In this document: in pieces, positions 11,598 to 24,694 of the stretch
How the letters are laid out: each line of letters opens with the position of its first letter
Position numbering within the stretch: the first letter of the stretch is position 1
NCBI GenBank assembly: GCA_977017645.1
Contig: OZ360224.1
Location: forward strand, 20,150,001 to 20,214,000
Direction of reading: 5' to 3'
Length of the DNA: 64,000 nucleotides
Origin: Torpedo marmorata
Lineage: Eukaryota
The notes under the pieces: generated by a model
The model's database searches: none
The model's input: the letters and a program-made list of their open reading frames with translations, nothing else
What the model was told of the DNA's origin: nothing
Made by a program: the position numbers and the translations under genes

Positions 11598-14365
11598 TCA
11601 TTGCCGTTGTGGCCTATGGGAACGGGCCGTCCGAATCACGTGCCGCCTGCGCGATCGCTGTGTTCGAACACGGCTCCCTGTATCAGCCTGCGGAGTAGGT
11701 CGCGGGCCGCTACACGACGCCCCCCCAGAACCGGCGATCTGTGCGGTGGTCTTGTCCTTGGGAGGCCGCCCCCTGCGGCGTGGTATAGGGTGATTGACTG
11801 GTTGGCCAGGGTCCAGGTATGCTGGCTTGAGTCGGTCAACCGCGACCGTTTCCTCCCTGCCGCCAACATCTATAACACAAGTGGAGCTGTTGTGTTTGAT
11901 AACCCGGTACGGCCCTTCGTACGGTCGTTGGAGTGGTGGCCGATGCGCCCCTCGCCTTATAAACACATGCCTGCAGTCCTTCAAGTTCTTTGGAACATAG
12001 GTTTTAGGCTGGCCGTGCGCCCTGGGCTGTGCCGGGGCCAGCGTACCCAGTCGTTGCCGCAGATGAGTCAGGGCTACCGCTGGAGTGTCCTCTGTGTTCC
12101 GGGCGTCGGCCAGGAACTCACCCGGGATGACCAGGGGTGCGCCATAGACCACCTCCGCTGCAGACACGTCAAAATCGACTTTGGGTGTGGTGCGGATGCC
12201 CAGGAGAACCCAAGGCAGTTCATCAGCCCAGTGCGGTCCCGTGAGCCGAGCCATGAGGGCCGCCTTGAGGTGCCTGTGGAACCTCTCCACCAACCCGTTG
12301 GCCTGAGGATGGTATGCCGTAGTATGATGGAGTTGTGTTCCCAGGGTGTTGGCCAAGACCGCCCACAGGCTGGAGGTGAACTGGGCACCTCTGTCCGACG
12401 TCAGGTGCTCCGGGACTCCAAACAGCGCCACCCAGGTGCTTAGCAAGGCCCTGGCACACGACTCTGCGGATGTTTCCACAAGCGGGACTGCTTCCGGCCA
12501 CCTAGTCAGACGATCCATCATGGTCAATAGGTATTGAGCACCTCTTGACACTGGCAGTGGGCCCACAATGTCCACATGCACATGGCTGAACCTCCGTCAT
12601 GCCGGCTCGAATGACTGGAGAGGGGCTTTAATGTGTGTCTGCACCTTTGATGCCTGGCAATGCATGCAGGTCTTGGCCCACTGACTGACCACCTTACGGA
12701 GACCATGCCATACGAAACGGCTGGCCACCATCTTAACCGTGGTTCTGATGGCTGGGTGCGCCAGGTTGTGGATCGTGTCAAAAACCCGTTTTCTCCACGC
12801 TGCGGGTATGACAGGTCTAGGCGTACCAATCGAGGTGTCGCACAAAAGCGTCTGCTTTTCTGGGCCAATGCGAATGTCCTCCAGACGTAGACCAGTTACT
12901 GCCATCCGGTATGCAGGTATGCTGAGGTCTGCTCGTTGTGCCTCAGCCAGGGCTGCATAGTCGATGCCTGGGGCAAGGGCATGTATTTCCAGTATGGCTG
13001 GCCGAGATAGCGCGTCAGCCACCACATTCGACTTCCCGGCAATGTGTGCTATGTCCGTGGAGAACTCAGACACGTAGGACAGGTGCCTTTGCTGCCTGTA
13101 TGACCATGGGTCCGACACTTTGCCGAAAGCAAAGGTGAGCGGCTTGTGGTCCGTGAATATTTTGAACCTCCTGCCCTCCAGGAAGTATCGGAAATGTCGG
13201 ACCGCCAGGTATAGAGCTAAGAGCTCCCGATCAAAGGCACTGTACTTGAGCTCTGGTGGGCGGAGGTGCTTGCTGAAAAAGGCCAGCGGCTGCCATTGTC
13301 CAGCGATCAGCTGCTCAAGTACTCCCCCGATCACTGTGTTGGAGGCGTCCACAGTGAGGGCTGTCGGGGAATCTGTCCTAGGATGCACCAGAAGGGTAGC
13401 ATTTGCCAGGGCGTCTTTGGCGGCTCTGATGCCTCCTGTGTCCATTCGATTTCCTTCTTTGGGCCTGCCATGAGGGAGAATAAGGGCCACATGATGCCAG
13501 CTGCTGCCGGTATGAAACGATGATAAAAGTTAATCATACCGACAAACTCCTGCAGGCCCTTTATCGTTGCAGGCTTTGCAAATGATCGGATGGCCTCCAC
13601 CTTTCCGGTCAGTGGCCTGGCCCCATCCCTGTTAATACAGTGCCCCAGGAAATCGATGGACTCCTGCCCGAACTGGCACTTGGCAGGGTTGATTATCAGC
13701 CCAAACTCATTCAGGCGGGTGCACACCTGTCTTATATGGATGGCATGTTCAGCACGATTGCGGCTGGCTATCAGTATGTCATCCAAATAAATGAAGGTGA
13801 ACTTGAGATCCTGGCCAACCGCGTCCATCAACCTCTGGAAGGCTGGAGCTGCGTTCTTCAGGCCGAATGGCATCCTCAGAAACTCAAACAGACCAAAGGG
13901 GGTGATAATGGCGGTCTTGGCGATGTCTTCCGGCTGGACCGGGATCTGGTGATAGTCCTTAACGAGGTCCACCTTTGAGAATATCCGTGCCCCCTGTAGG
14001 TTAGCGGTGAAGTCCTGGATGTGGGGCACCGGATATCTGTCCGGTGTGGTGGCCTCGTTGAGACGGCGGTAATCCCCGCATGGTCTCCAGCCTACTGCTG
14101 CCTTGGGCACCATGTGGAGTGGGGAGGCCCAGGGGCTGTCAGAACGCTGCACAATGCCCAGCTCTTCCATCTTCCGGAACTCTTCTTTGGCGAGATTGAG
14201 CTTCTCGGGAGGAAGGCGGCGTGCCGTGGCGTGAAGGGGAGGTCCTGTCGTCACGATATGATGCTGATCTCCATGCTGATCACACATGCTGATCTCTAGG
14301 TTCCGCCGAGGAAAAATGTGGCGTTGTGATGGCAGGGAATTCGGCCCTAATCCGTGCCATCTCAT
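11598..14365 (-). pseudogene. pol (RT-RNase H-IN) split by frameshifts
   Basis: ORFs 13331-14365 (RT), 12597-13490 (RH, IN zinc finger) and 11598-12581 (IN core, GPY motif). Confidence 0.9.
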
Positions 14366-15509
14366 TGTCCGACGCTGCTACCGAGTGCAGACAGGGGGCA
14401 GTGAGCTCAGTCCCACTCAGGGAAAGAGTCTGAAAAGTTGTGGCATGCACCAATCTTAGCCCCTTAATGTCCACTAGTAGGGAATTGGCCGTAAGGAAAT
14501 CCGCACCTAGGAGTGGCTGCCGCACCGCCGCCAGCGTGAACTTCCAGGTAAAATGATTATCCCCAAAACGGAGGGGGATGTTGCGGGTGCCAAAAGTGCG
14601 AATATCCGAATGAGTGGCCGCTCTCAGCCCTTGTCCAACCCTGCTGCTGCGGATGTCAGAACTGGAAGGGGGAAAAACACTGACTTCAGCCCCAGTATCG
14701 ACTAGGAACCGGCGGCCCGACAGGGTGTCCTGTACATGGAGTAGGTTGTGATGCAGGCCGACCACCGCAACCATCAACGGCGGCCGGCGCTGGCATTTCC
14801 CTGAAACGCACAGGGGGAACGGCATCGACGGGCCTCGGAACCCCACCGCTGGTGGTAGAAACAGTACTCCTGACCGGTGGGCTCCATCGGTTGGTGGGTC
14901 AACTGTTCGGGGGGGCCGTCTACTTGCTCGCCGCGGACGAGATGTGGATACTTGCTCCATTGTCGCACAGTCGTCTTTCTTCGCCGCCCAGAGCACGTCC
15001 GCTCGGGCAGCTACCTTCCTGGGGTCGCTGAAATCCGCTTCCGCAAGCAACAGCCAGATGTCCTCTGGCAATCGCTCCAAGAAAACATGCTCGAACAGCA
15101 GGCAAGGTCTGTGGTCATCTGATAAGGCAAGCATGTCGCTCATGAGGGCGGAAGGGGCCCTGTCCCCCAAGCCGTCCATATGCAACAATCGGGCTGCCCG
15201 CTCTCGCCTCGAGAGCCCGAAAGTGCAGGACAATAGCTCCTTGATGGCCAGATACCTCCCCTGCTCTGGAGGACGCCACAGGATGTCCACAATCCTGGCC
15301 GCAGTCTCCTGCTCGAGGGCGCTTACCACGTGGTAATAGCGGGCGGTGTCGTCGGAGATCCTTCGAAGAGCAAACTGTGCTTCGGCTTGCTCGAACCATA
15401 CCAGCGGCTGCGATGTCCAGAAGCTTGGCAGCTTCAACGAAACCACGTTGATTGAAGCTTGTTCCATCTTCAGGTCCAAATAGCCGTTTGGACCAGTCGG
15501 GGTCACCAC
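14280..15509 (-). pseudogene. gag-protease of the CsRn1-type element
   Basis: LKLPSFW..WFEQAEAQF gag motif; LVDTGAEVS protease; the CHCC finger lies in a shifted frame (14774-14968). Confidence 0.85.
15496..15508 (-). promoter_or_regulatory. Primer-binding site, tRNA-Trp
   Basis: TGGTGACCCCGAC one base from the 5' LTR. Confidence 0.85.
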
Positions 15510-17234
15510 TATAGCGCGTCGCTACGGTTATAGCTCTGCACGTCGAGTTAGTCGTCGAGTTGGTCGTCGCTCTAGATCTGGAGCTCAGGAGAGAGATGCA
15601 CACCCTCCAAGCGTCAAGACAGAACTGCCTATTCTGACGTCGGCTCTGTCTTTTATAGGCGGGCCGAGCCTGACTGCTGCGTCACAGATGGGGCGTGGCC
15701 TAAGGCGCGACGCCCAGGATTGGTCGGGCCACGATCCATCCTTAGGGATTGGCCCGTTCCCTCATTGCCGTTGTGGCCTATGGGAATAGGCCGTCCGAAT
15801 CACGTGCCGCCTGCGCGATCGCCGTGTTCGACCACGGCTCCCTGTATCGGCCTGTGGAGTAGGTCGCGGGCCGCTACATCATGCTCAATTAATGTTTCAG
15901 TTCAAAAGGAATACTTGCGTAATCATGACTGCAGAAATGTCCATCCATTAAAATATTGTCATATGTAGAGTAACAGAACTTTGGCACAATGATATGGAAT
16001 TTAAGCACAGAAATATTAATTTCCACACAGGATCAAGTATTTGGCAATAGATTTTCCCACAGTGCTATGCAATTTACCACAAGCTACTTATATTTCTTCA
16101 TTACTGATCTACTAACGGAATGATTTATATTTGCTATTTTGAATGTATGAAGGATAAATACTCAATTTGTGATATTTTGCTGACATCTAAACTGGGAAAA
16201 TATAATTTAGAAGCTGTATAGCTCCAAACATGGAAGTATAGTTTACATAAATTTCAGATGTTCCATCAATAACATCAAATCTCTTTGGAAGCACATTCAA
16301 AGACAAGAACACAATTCATAATTTGATTGAGCTTAAAAGAATGTGCTCTCTGTAGCTCATCTGAAACGCATTAATGTAATTTGATTTTTAATAAGCATAT
16401 CCAGTGAGGTCACCTTTGACCCTTAACTTCTGTTGAAATTGGAGTTAATTGCTTCACATGTTCCATGGGAAACAATCAACAGAGATGACTGGAATTTTTT
16501 CATTTCTTATTCATTTTCCCATTCATTGGTATAGAGGACAAATCTGTTTTGTTCATTTATCCTAACGACAAAGTGCAGTCTCTATCAAAATACATTCAAC
16601 ATATTTTATTCTGCCTTCTTGTTTATGAACCCAAATCCTGACATATTGTTGATATTTATGTAGTTTTTATCTTAAGTAATGTTCAGTTAAGCAAGAGAAT
16701 TTATCATTCATTGTACAGCATATTAAGAGGTTTCTCAAACCATTTCATACTTTGAAGTCCAGTTACTCGAAGTGATAAATGCAGCAGCTTTGTTCCACCA
16801 GCAACATTGAATTCTTAAAATGCTTCTGAGAATAACCAGGATACTGGAAGACCTTGAAGTAATTCTCTGTAGGGCATTATTTATAGTCTAATCAAGCTCC
16901 TGGGTGCTGATTACTCTCTATGACAGAATACAAAGGTTTACCATGTCGTCATATCCAGCACTCAGATAACATTTTCCCACTGGATCAGAATAACCAACAC
17001 CAGATCTGACCCAAAAGATGACACATTGAACTTCAGCCATCTTTCTGCCTTGCACTAGACTGTCAGAAGAGATTGTTTCTACAGATCTTGGTATCAAACT
17101 TGAACCTGGCTACCAGTTACTGCTGTTCTTCTGAGGGAAAATTTACTGTTTCATAATCAATGGGAGCACACTTTGTGAAAAAAGTACAAATATCGTGCAC
17201 CTCAAAAGTGGCCTTTTTAACAGGAGCCTATAAT

Positions 17235-17825
17235 TAGTTCAAGTTTATTATCATCTGATTCTACATATACAATCCAACAAAGCAGTGTCTCTCTGGACTA
17301 TGATGCACACACAAAAACACGCAATTCACAATGATCACATAAATAATATTTTTTTTAAAATGTGAAATATACCAAGGAACTTTGTGCGCTCCAATCTCTC
17401 CCCGATGGAACTGTTGAGAGGTGTTGTGGAGAATGGTTAACATTTGCCCTCCTGATGTCCACAATCATCTCCTTTGTCTTGTCCACGTCGGGACTCAGGT
17501 TGTTGTTCTCGCACCATTTTACGAGCCTTTCAACCTCTTCTCTATAACGCGACTCATCATTGTTGTTGATGAGGCCAATAACTGTTGTCTGCAAATTTGA
17601 TGATTCTGTTAGAAATGAATCTGGCACTTCAGTCGTGAGTCAGCGGTGTGAACAGGAGCGGGCTGAGCACACAGCCCTGAGGTGCACCAGTGCTCATTGT
17701 GGTGAGACTTGAGGTTTTCTACCAACTCGGACTGACAGTGGTCTTTCAGACAAGAAGCCCAGAATCCAGTTGCAGAGAGGGGTGTTGAGTCCCAGCAAGG
17801 ACAGTTTATCCACCATCCTCTGAGG
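17235..17825 (-). mobile_element. Rex1/Babar-type LINE fragment
   Basis: [34 protein letters not shown] peptide; internally deleted. Confidence 0.75.
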
Positions 17826-17989
17826 TATGAACAGAATGTATTAAGCTTAAATAAAATGTTCACAGCTCATTCATTCACATTGGCACAGTTTAGGATGCCA
17901 AAACAATTTTATTTTTAACAGAAAGTATCACAGAGATTCAATGATGTTTAACTGTTGCTTCATCATGGAAATAGAACACAGACTGCATG

Positions 17990-20900
17990 ATGGGTTTGAG
18001 CCGAGTTCAGACTCATACTGTGTGTCCCTTGAGACCAGACTTACACTGTCTGACCCCTGAGATCAGACTCACACTGTCTGACCCCTGAGATCAGACTTAC
18101 ACTGTCTGATCACTGAGACCAGACTTACACTGTCTGATCACTGAGACCAGACTCTCACTGTCTGACCCCTGAGATCAGACTTACACTGTCTGATCACTGA
18201 GACCAGACTTACACTGTCTGATCACTGAGACCAGACTCTCACTGTCTGACCCCTGAGATCAGACTTACACTGTCTGATCACTGAGACCAGACTTACACTG
18301 TCTGATCACTGAGACCAGACTCACACTGTCTGACCCCTGAGATCAGACTTACACTGTCTGATCACTGAGACCAGACTCACACTGTCTGACCCCTGAGATC
18401 AGACTTACACTGTCTGATCACTGAGACCAGACTCACACTGTCTGAGCCCTGAGATCACACTAATACTGTCTGACCCCTGAAAGCAGACTCACGTTGTCCG
18501 ACCCGAGATCAGACTCACTGTCTGACCCCTGAGAACAGACTCTCACTGTCTGACCCCTGAGATCAGATTTACACAGTCTGACCCCTGAGATCACACTCAC
18601 GCTATCTGATCCGAGATCAGACTCATAGTGTCTGACCCCCTGAGACGTGACTCACACTGTCTGAGCCCTGAGACCAGACTCACACTGTCTGAGCCCTGAG
18701 ACCAGACTCACAATGTCTGACACCTGTGACCAGACTCACACTGTCTGACCACTGAGATCAAACTCTCACTGTTTGACACCATATCAGACTCACATTGTCT
18801 TACCCTGTTATCAGACTCACACTGTCTGATCACTGACGACAGACAGTCTGACTCCTGAGATCAGACTCACACTGCCTGACCCTTAGACATGACTCTTACT
18901 GTTTGATCCCTGAGATCAAACTATCACCATTTAACTCTGATATTAGACTCACACTGTGTGATCTTGAGACAAGACTCATAACGTCTGAGCCCTGAGATTA
19001 CACTTACACTGTCTGATCCTGGAAAACAGATTCTCACTGTCTGACCCCCGAGACAAGATTCACACTGTCTGACCCCTGAGGTCAGACTTACACTGTTTGA
19101 CCCCGATGATCAGACTCACATGTCTGACCCGGAGACCAGACACAGTGTCTAACCCCTGAGATCAGACTCACACTGTCTGACCCTGAGACCACACTCTCAC
19201 TGTTTGACCTCGAGACCAGACTCTCAATGTTTAATGCTGAGACCAGACTCACCCCGTCTGGCTCTGAGATCAACTTGCACCATCTGAACCCTGAGACCAG
19301 ACTCATACTGTCTGACCACTGCCATCAGACTCTGTTTGATCTGAGATCAGACTCACCGACTGACCCCTGAGACCAGACTCACATTGTCTGACCCTGAGAT
19401 CACACTCACACTGTCTGATCCCTGAGAACAGACTCACACTCTCTGACCCTCAGACCAGACAGTGTCTGACCCCTGAGATCAGACTCACACTGTATGACCA
19501 TTGTGATCAGACTGACAATATCTGACTCCTGAGGAGAGATTCACACCGTTGATCCTGAGACCAGACTCTCACTGTTTGACCCTGAAGATCAGACTCATAA
19601 TGTCTGACCCGTAGACCACACTCTAACTGTTTGAAGTTGAGACTAGACTCACACTGTCTGACCCCGAGATCTGACTCACACTGTCTGCTGCCTGAGACCA
19701 GACACACACTGTCTGACCCCTGAGACTTGACTCACACTGTCTGACCCCTGAGACCAGACGCACACTGTCTGACCCCTGAGACCAGACACACACAGTCTGA
19801 CCCCTGAGACTTGACTCACACTGTCTGATGCCTGAGACCAGATGCACACTGTCTGACCCCTGAGACCAGACACACACTGTCTGACCCCTGAGACTTGACT
19901 CACACTGTCTGACCACTGACATGAGACTCACACTGTCTGACCTTGAGTTCAGACTCATACTGTCTGACCCTATCAGATTCACAGTCTAACCCCTGAGATC
20001 ACATTCACACTATGATCCATGAGAACAGACTCTCACTGTTTGACTCTGAAGATCAGACTTACACTCTCTAACCTTTAGACAGTGTCTGATTCCTGAGATT
20101 AGACTCACACTGACTGATGCTGCAACCAGACTCTCACTGTTTGAACCCTGAAATCAGTCTGACAGCATCTGACCCTGAGATTAAACTCACATTGTCTGAC
20201 CCCTGAGGAGAGATTCACACTGACTGACACCTGAGACCAGACTCTCGCTGTTAGGAACCTGAGATCTGACTGTCACTGTTTGACCCCTGAGATTCAACTC
20301 ACACTATTTGACCCCTGAGATCCGACTCACACTGCTTGACCCCTGAGATCAGACTGTCACTGTTTGACCCCTGAGATCCGACTCACACTGCTTGACCCCT
20401 GAGATCAGACTCACATTGTCTTAGCCTGATATCATACTCTCACTGTCTGACTCTGACATTCGACTCACACTGTCTGAGCCCTGAGATCACACTCACACTC
20501 TCTGATCACTGAGAACAGACAGTCTGACCCCTGAGATCAGCCACACACTGTTTGACGCTGAGACATGACTCTTACTGTTTGACCCCTGAGATCAGACTAT
20601 CACCGTTTAACTGATATCAGACTCACACTGTGTGATCTTGAGACAAGACTCACACCATCTGAGCCCTGAGATTACACTTACACTGACTGATCCTGGAAAA
20701 CAGATTCTCACTGTCTGACCCCCGAGACAAGACTCACACTGTCTGGCCCCTGAGGTCAGACTCACACTGTTTGACCCCGAAGATCAGACTCACATGTCTG
20801 ACCCGGAGACCAGACACAGTGTCTAATCCCTGAGATCAGACTCAGTGTCTGACCCTGAGAACACATTCTCACTGTTTGACCCTGAGACGAGATTCTCAAT

Positions 20901-23291
20901 GTTTGATGCTGAAACCAGACTCTCACCGTTTTACTCTGAGATCAAACTCACACCGTCTGAATCCTGAGATCCGACTTGCACTGGGTGACCCCTGAGAACA
21001 GACTCACACTGTCTGACCCCTGCCATCAGACTAACTGTTTGAACCGAGATCAGACTCACACCGACTGACCCCTGAAACCAGACTCACGTTGTCTGACCCT
21101 AAGATCACTCACACTGTCTAATCCCTGAGAACAGACTCACACACTCTGACCCTTATACCAGACAGTGTTTGACTCCTGAGATCAGACTCACACTGTCTGA
21201 CCCTGTGACCCGACTCTCACTGTTTGACCCCTAAGATCAGTCTGACAGTGTCTGAACCTGAGATCAGACTCACACTGTCTGACCACTGAGATCAGATTAT
21301 CAGGTTCTCACTGTCTCACCACTGAGATAATATTCACAATATCTGACCCCTGAGACTAGACTGACTCTGTCTGACCATGAGATGTGACTCACAATGTCTG
21401 ACCCCTAAGTTCAGACTCACACTCTCTGACCCCTGTGAACAGACTCACACAGTTTGACCATTAAGACCAGACTCACAACACCTGATCCATCAGGTCAAAC
21501 TCACGCCGTCTGAACACTGAGGTCAGACTCACACCGTCGGACCCCTGCGACCAGATACCATCTGACCCTTGAGGTCAGTCTCACTCTGCCTGACCCCTGA
21601 GATCAGACTCACACAGTCTGACCCCCGAGATCCCGGTTTCCTCCCATGTTCGAAACGTACCGGGGGTGTAGGTTACTTGGCTTTAAATTGGGCGGCACGG
21701 ACTCGTGGGCCGAAATGGCCTGTTACTGTGTTGTATATCTAAATTTCAATTTAAATTAAAATCAGACTCATACTGTCTGCCCACTGAGATCAGACTCACA
21801 CTGTTCGACCACTGAGATCAGAATCATAATATCTGACCCCTGAGATCAGACTCACATGATCTTAGCCATGAGATCAGACTCACACTGTCTGACTCCTGAG
21901 GTCAGACTCATGTTGTATGACCCCAAAGATCAGACTCACAATGTCTGACCCAGAGACCAGACACAGTGTCTAACCCCTGAGATCAGACTCACACTGTCTG
22001 ACCCTAAGACCAGACTCTCAATGTCTAACGCTGAGACCAGACTCACACCGCCTGGCTCTGAGATCAAACTCGCACCGTCTGAACCCTGAGATCCGACTTG
22101 CACTGGCTGACCCCTGAGAACAGACTCACACTGTCTGACCACTGCCATCAGACTAACTGTTTGACCTGAGATCAGACTCACACAATCTGACCCCTAAGAC
22201 CAGACTCATACTATCTGTCCCTGAGATCACAATCACACTGTCTGATCCCTGAGAACAAACTCACACTCTCTGACCCTCAGACCAGACAGTTTATGACTCC
22301 TGAGATCAGACTCACACTGTCTGACCCTGCGGCCAGACTCTCACTGTTTGACCCCTGTAATCAGTCTGACATCGTCTGTCCCTGAGATCACTCACACTGT
22401 CTCACCACTAAGACTAGACTCACTCCGTCTGACCCCTGAGACCAGACTCATTCCATCTGACCCTGTGATGACACTTGCACCGTTTGACCCCTGAGATCAG
22501 ACATACTGTCTGACCCTTGAGACCAGACTCTCACAGTTTGATCCCTGAGATCAAACTCACACCGCCTGGACTCTGAGATAAGACACACTCTCTGACCCTG
22601 AGTCCAGACACTCACTGTTTGACCTTTGACATCAGACTCACACTGTCTGACCCTGAGAGATGACTCATAATGTGTGATCACTGAGATCAGACAATGCATG
22701 ACCCTTGAGAGCAGACTCACACTGTCTGAACCCCCAAGATCAGACTTGCACTCTCTGACCCTGAGATCAGTCACAGTGTCTGATCACTGAGATCAGAATC
22801 ACACAGTCTGACCCTGGGACCAGATTGTCAATTGTTTGATCTCTGAGACCAGAATCACACCTTCTGACCCTTGATATCAGACTCACAAAGTTAGATGCCT
22901 GAGACCAGACTCACACCGTTTGACCCCTGAGTTCAGACTCACACCGTCTGACCCCTTAGGCCAGACTCACACATTGTCACGCCTAATGTCAAACTCACAA
23001 CATCTGATGCATGAGGTCAGATTCACTCCATCTGACCCCTGAGGTCAGACTGACTCCATCTGACCCCTGAGGTCAGACTCACACCGTCTGACCGCTGAGA
23101 CCAGACTCAAACCGTCTGACCCCTTAGGCCAGACTCACACATTGTCACGCCTAATGTCAAACTCACAACATCTGATGCATGAGGTCAGATTCACTCCATC
23201 TGACCCCTGAGGTCAGACTCACACCATCTGACCCCTGAGTTCTGACTCACACCGTCTGACCCCTGATGTCAGACTCACACCATCTGACCCC
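17990..23291. repeat. 27/28-bp satellite, block 1
   Basis: Consensus gagatcagactcacactgtctgaccc(c)t in tandem. Confidence 0.97.
21633..21760 (+). mobile_element. V-SINE 3' fragment inside the satellite
   Basis: ccggtttcctccca..ctcgtgggccgaaa..aaatttcaatttaaattaaa, similar to 4548-4750. Confidence 0.7.
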
Positions 23292-24694
23292 TCAGAATCA
23301 GAATTTATTGTCATGAACAAGTCATGAAATTCGGTGTTTTGCGGCAGCATCATAGTGCAATTAACATTCATATTAACCATCTTACGACATTACTATAAAA
23401 ACTTATAAACAATAGTGCACGAAAAGTAAGGCAGTGTCTTTGGTTCATTGATTATTCAGGAATCTGATGGCAGCGGGGAAGAAGCTGTCCTTGTGCCGTT
23501 GAGTGCTCGTCTTTAGGCTCCTGTACCTTTTTCCCGATGGAAGCAGAGTGAAGAGGGCACGGCCTGGGTGGTGGGGGTCTTTGAGGATAGAGGCTGCTTT
23601 TTTAAGACACCGCCTCATGTAGATGTCCTCGATGGAGTGAAGTTTGGTGCCTGTGATGTCACAGGCCGAGTTAACAACCCTCTGGAGTTTACTCTTGTCC
23701 TGGGAGTTGGCGCCTCCATATCAGGCAGTGATGCAACCAGCCAGAATGCTCTCCACGGTACACCTGTAGAAGTTTACGAGAGTCTTTTGTGACATACCGA
23801 ATCTCCGCAGACACCTCACAAAGTATAGCCGCTGACGAGCCTTCATTGTGATTGCATCAACGTGGAGGCTCCAGGACAGATCCTCGGAGATGTTGACACC
23901 CAGGAATTTGAGGTTCTTGACCCTCTCCACGACTGAGCCCTCGATGAGGACTGGGTTGTGTTCCCCTGACTTCCTCCTGAAGTCCACAATCATCTCCTTG
24001 GTTTTGCTGACGTTGAGCTCAAAGTTGTTGCCATTACACCATTCAACGAGCTGATCTCTCTCCCTCCTGTACGCTTCCTCATTGCCGTTTGTGATTCTAC
24101 CGACAACTGTGGTGTCATCGGCAAACTTGTAGATGGCATTGGAATTGTGCCTGGCCACACAGTCATGGGTGTATAACGAGTAGAGCAGTGGACTAAGCAC
24201 GCATCCTTGGGGTGCGCCTGTGTTGATAATCAGTGAGGAGGAGACGTTGTTTCCAATTCGTACTGACTGTGGTCTTCCGATGAGAAAGTCAAGGATCCAG
24301 TTGCAGAGTGGGGTACAGAGGCCTAGAGTTTGCAGCTTCTTGACCAGCACTGAGGGAATAATGGTATTGAAGGCCGAGCTGTAGTCGATGAAGAGCAGCC
24401 GTATGTATGAATTGCTGTTTTCGAGGTGATCCAGAGCTGAGTGGAGAGCCAGCGATATTGCATCTGCTGTGGAGCGATTGTGACGATAGGCGAATTGCAG
24501 TGGGTCCAGATCTTTGCTTAGGTATGTGTTAATTCTGGCCATGACCAGCCTCTCAAAGCATTTCATCACAGTAGAAGTTAGTGCTACTGGGCGGTAGTCG
24601 TTGAGGCAGCTCACACTACTCTTCTTGGGTACCGGGATTATTGATGCCCTTTTGAAGCGGGTGGGAAACTCTGACTGCCGCAATGAGAGGTTGA
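23292..24694 (-). mobile_element. 5'-truncated Rex1/Babar-type LINE with open RT domain
   Basis: [36 protein letters not shown]; (TTCTGA)n tail. The N-terminus of the listed ORF is satellite read-through. Confidence 0.9.

Larger units (their letters stand above)
11358..15878 (-). mobile_element. Full-length CsRn1-clade Gypsy retrotransposon (frameshifted)
   Basis: LTRs 11358-11714 and 15510-15878; TSD tcat; tRNA-Trp PBS; CHCC motif CFYHQRWGSEARRCRSPC; PR LVDTGA; RT YLDD; RNase H; integrase; G-rich PPT 11715-11727. Confidence 0.95.

Noticed and set aside
11427-12443. 338-aa plus-strand ORF
   Set aside because: Antisense shadow of the GC-rich Gypsy LTR and integrase; no recognisable domain.
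16407-16422. Nuclear-receptor-like site aggtcacctttgaccc
   Set aside because: A single short motif with no promoter or conservation evidence.
18000-23290. V(D)J RSS heptamer-like cactgtc in each satellite unit
   Set aside because: The mismatch falls in the essential CAC, there is no nonamer at 12/23 spacing, and no V/J segments are visible.
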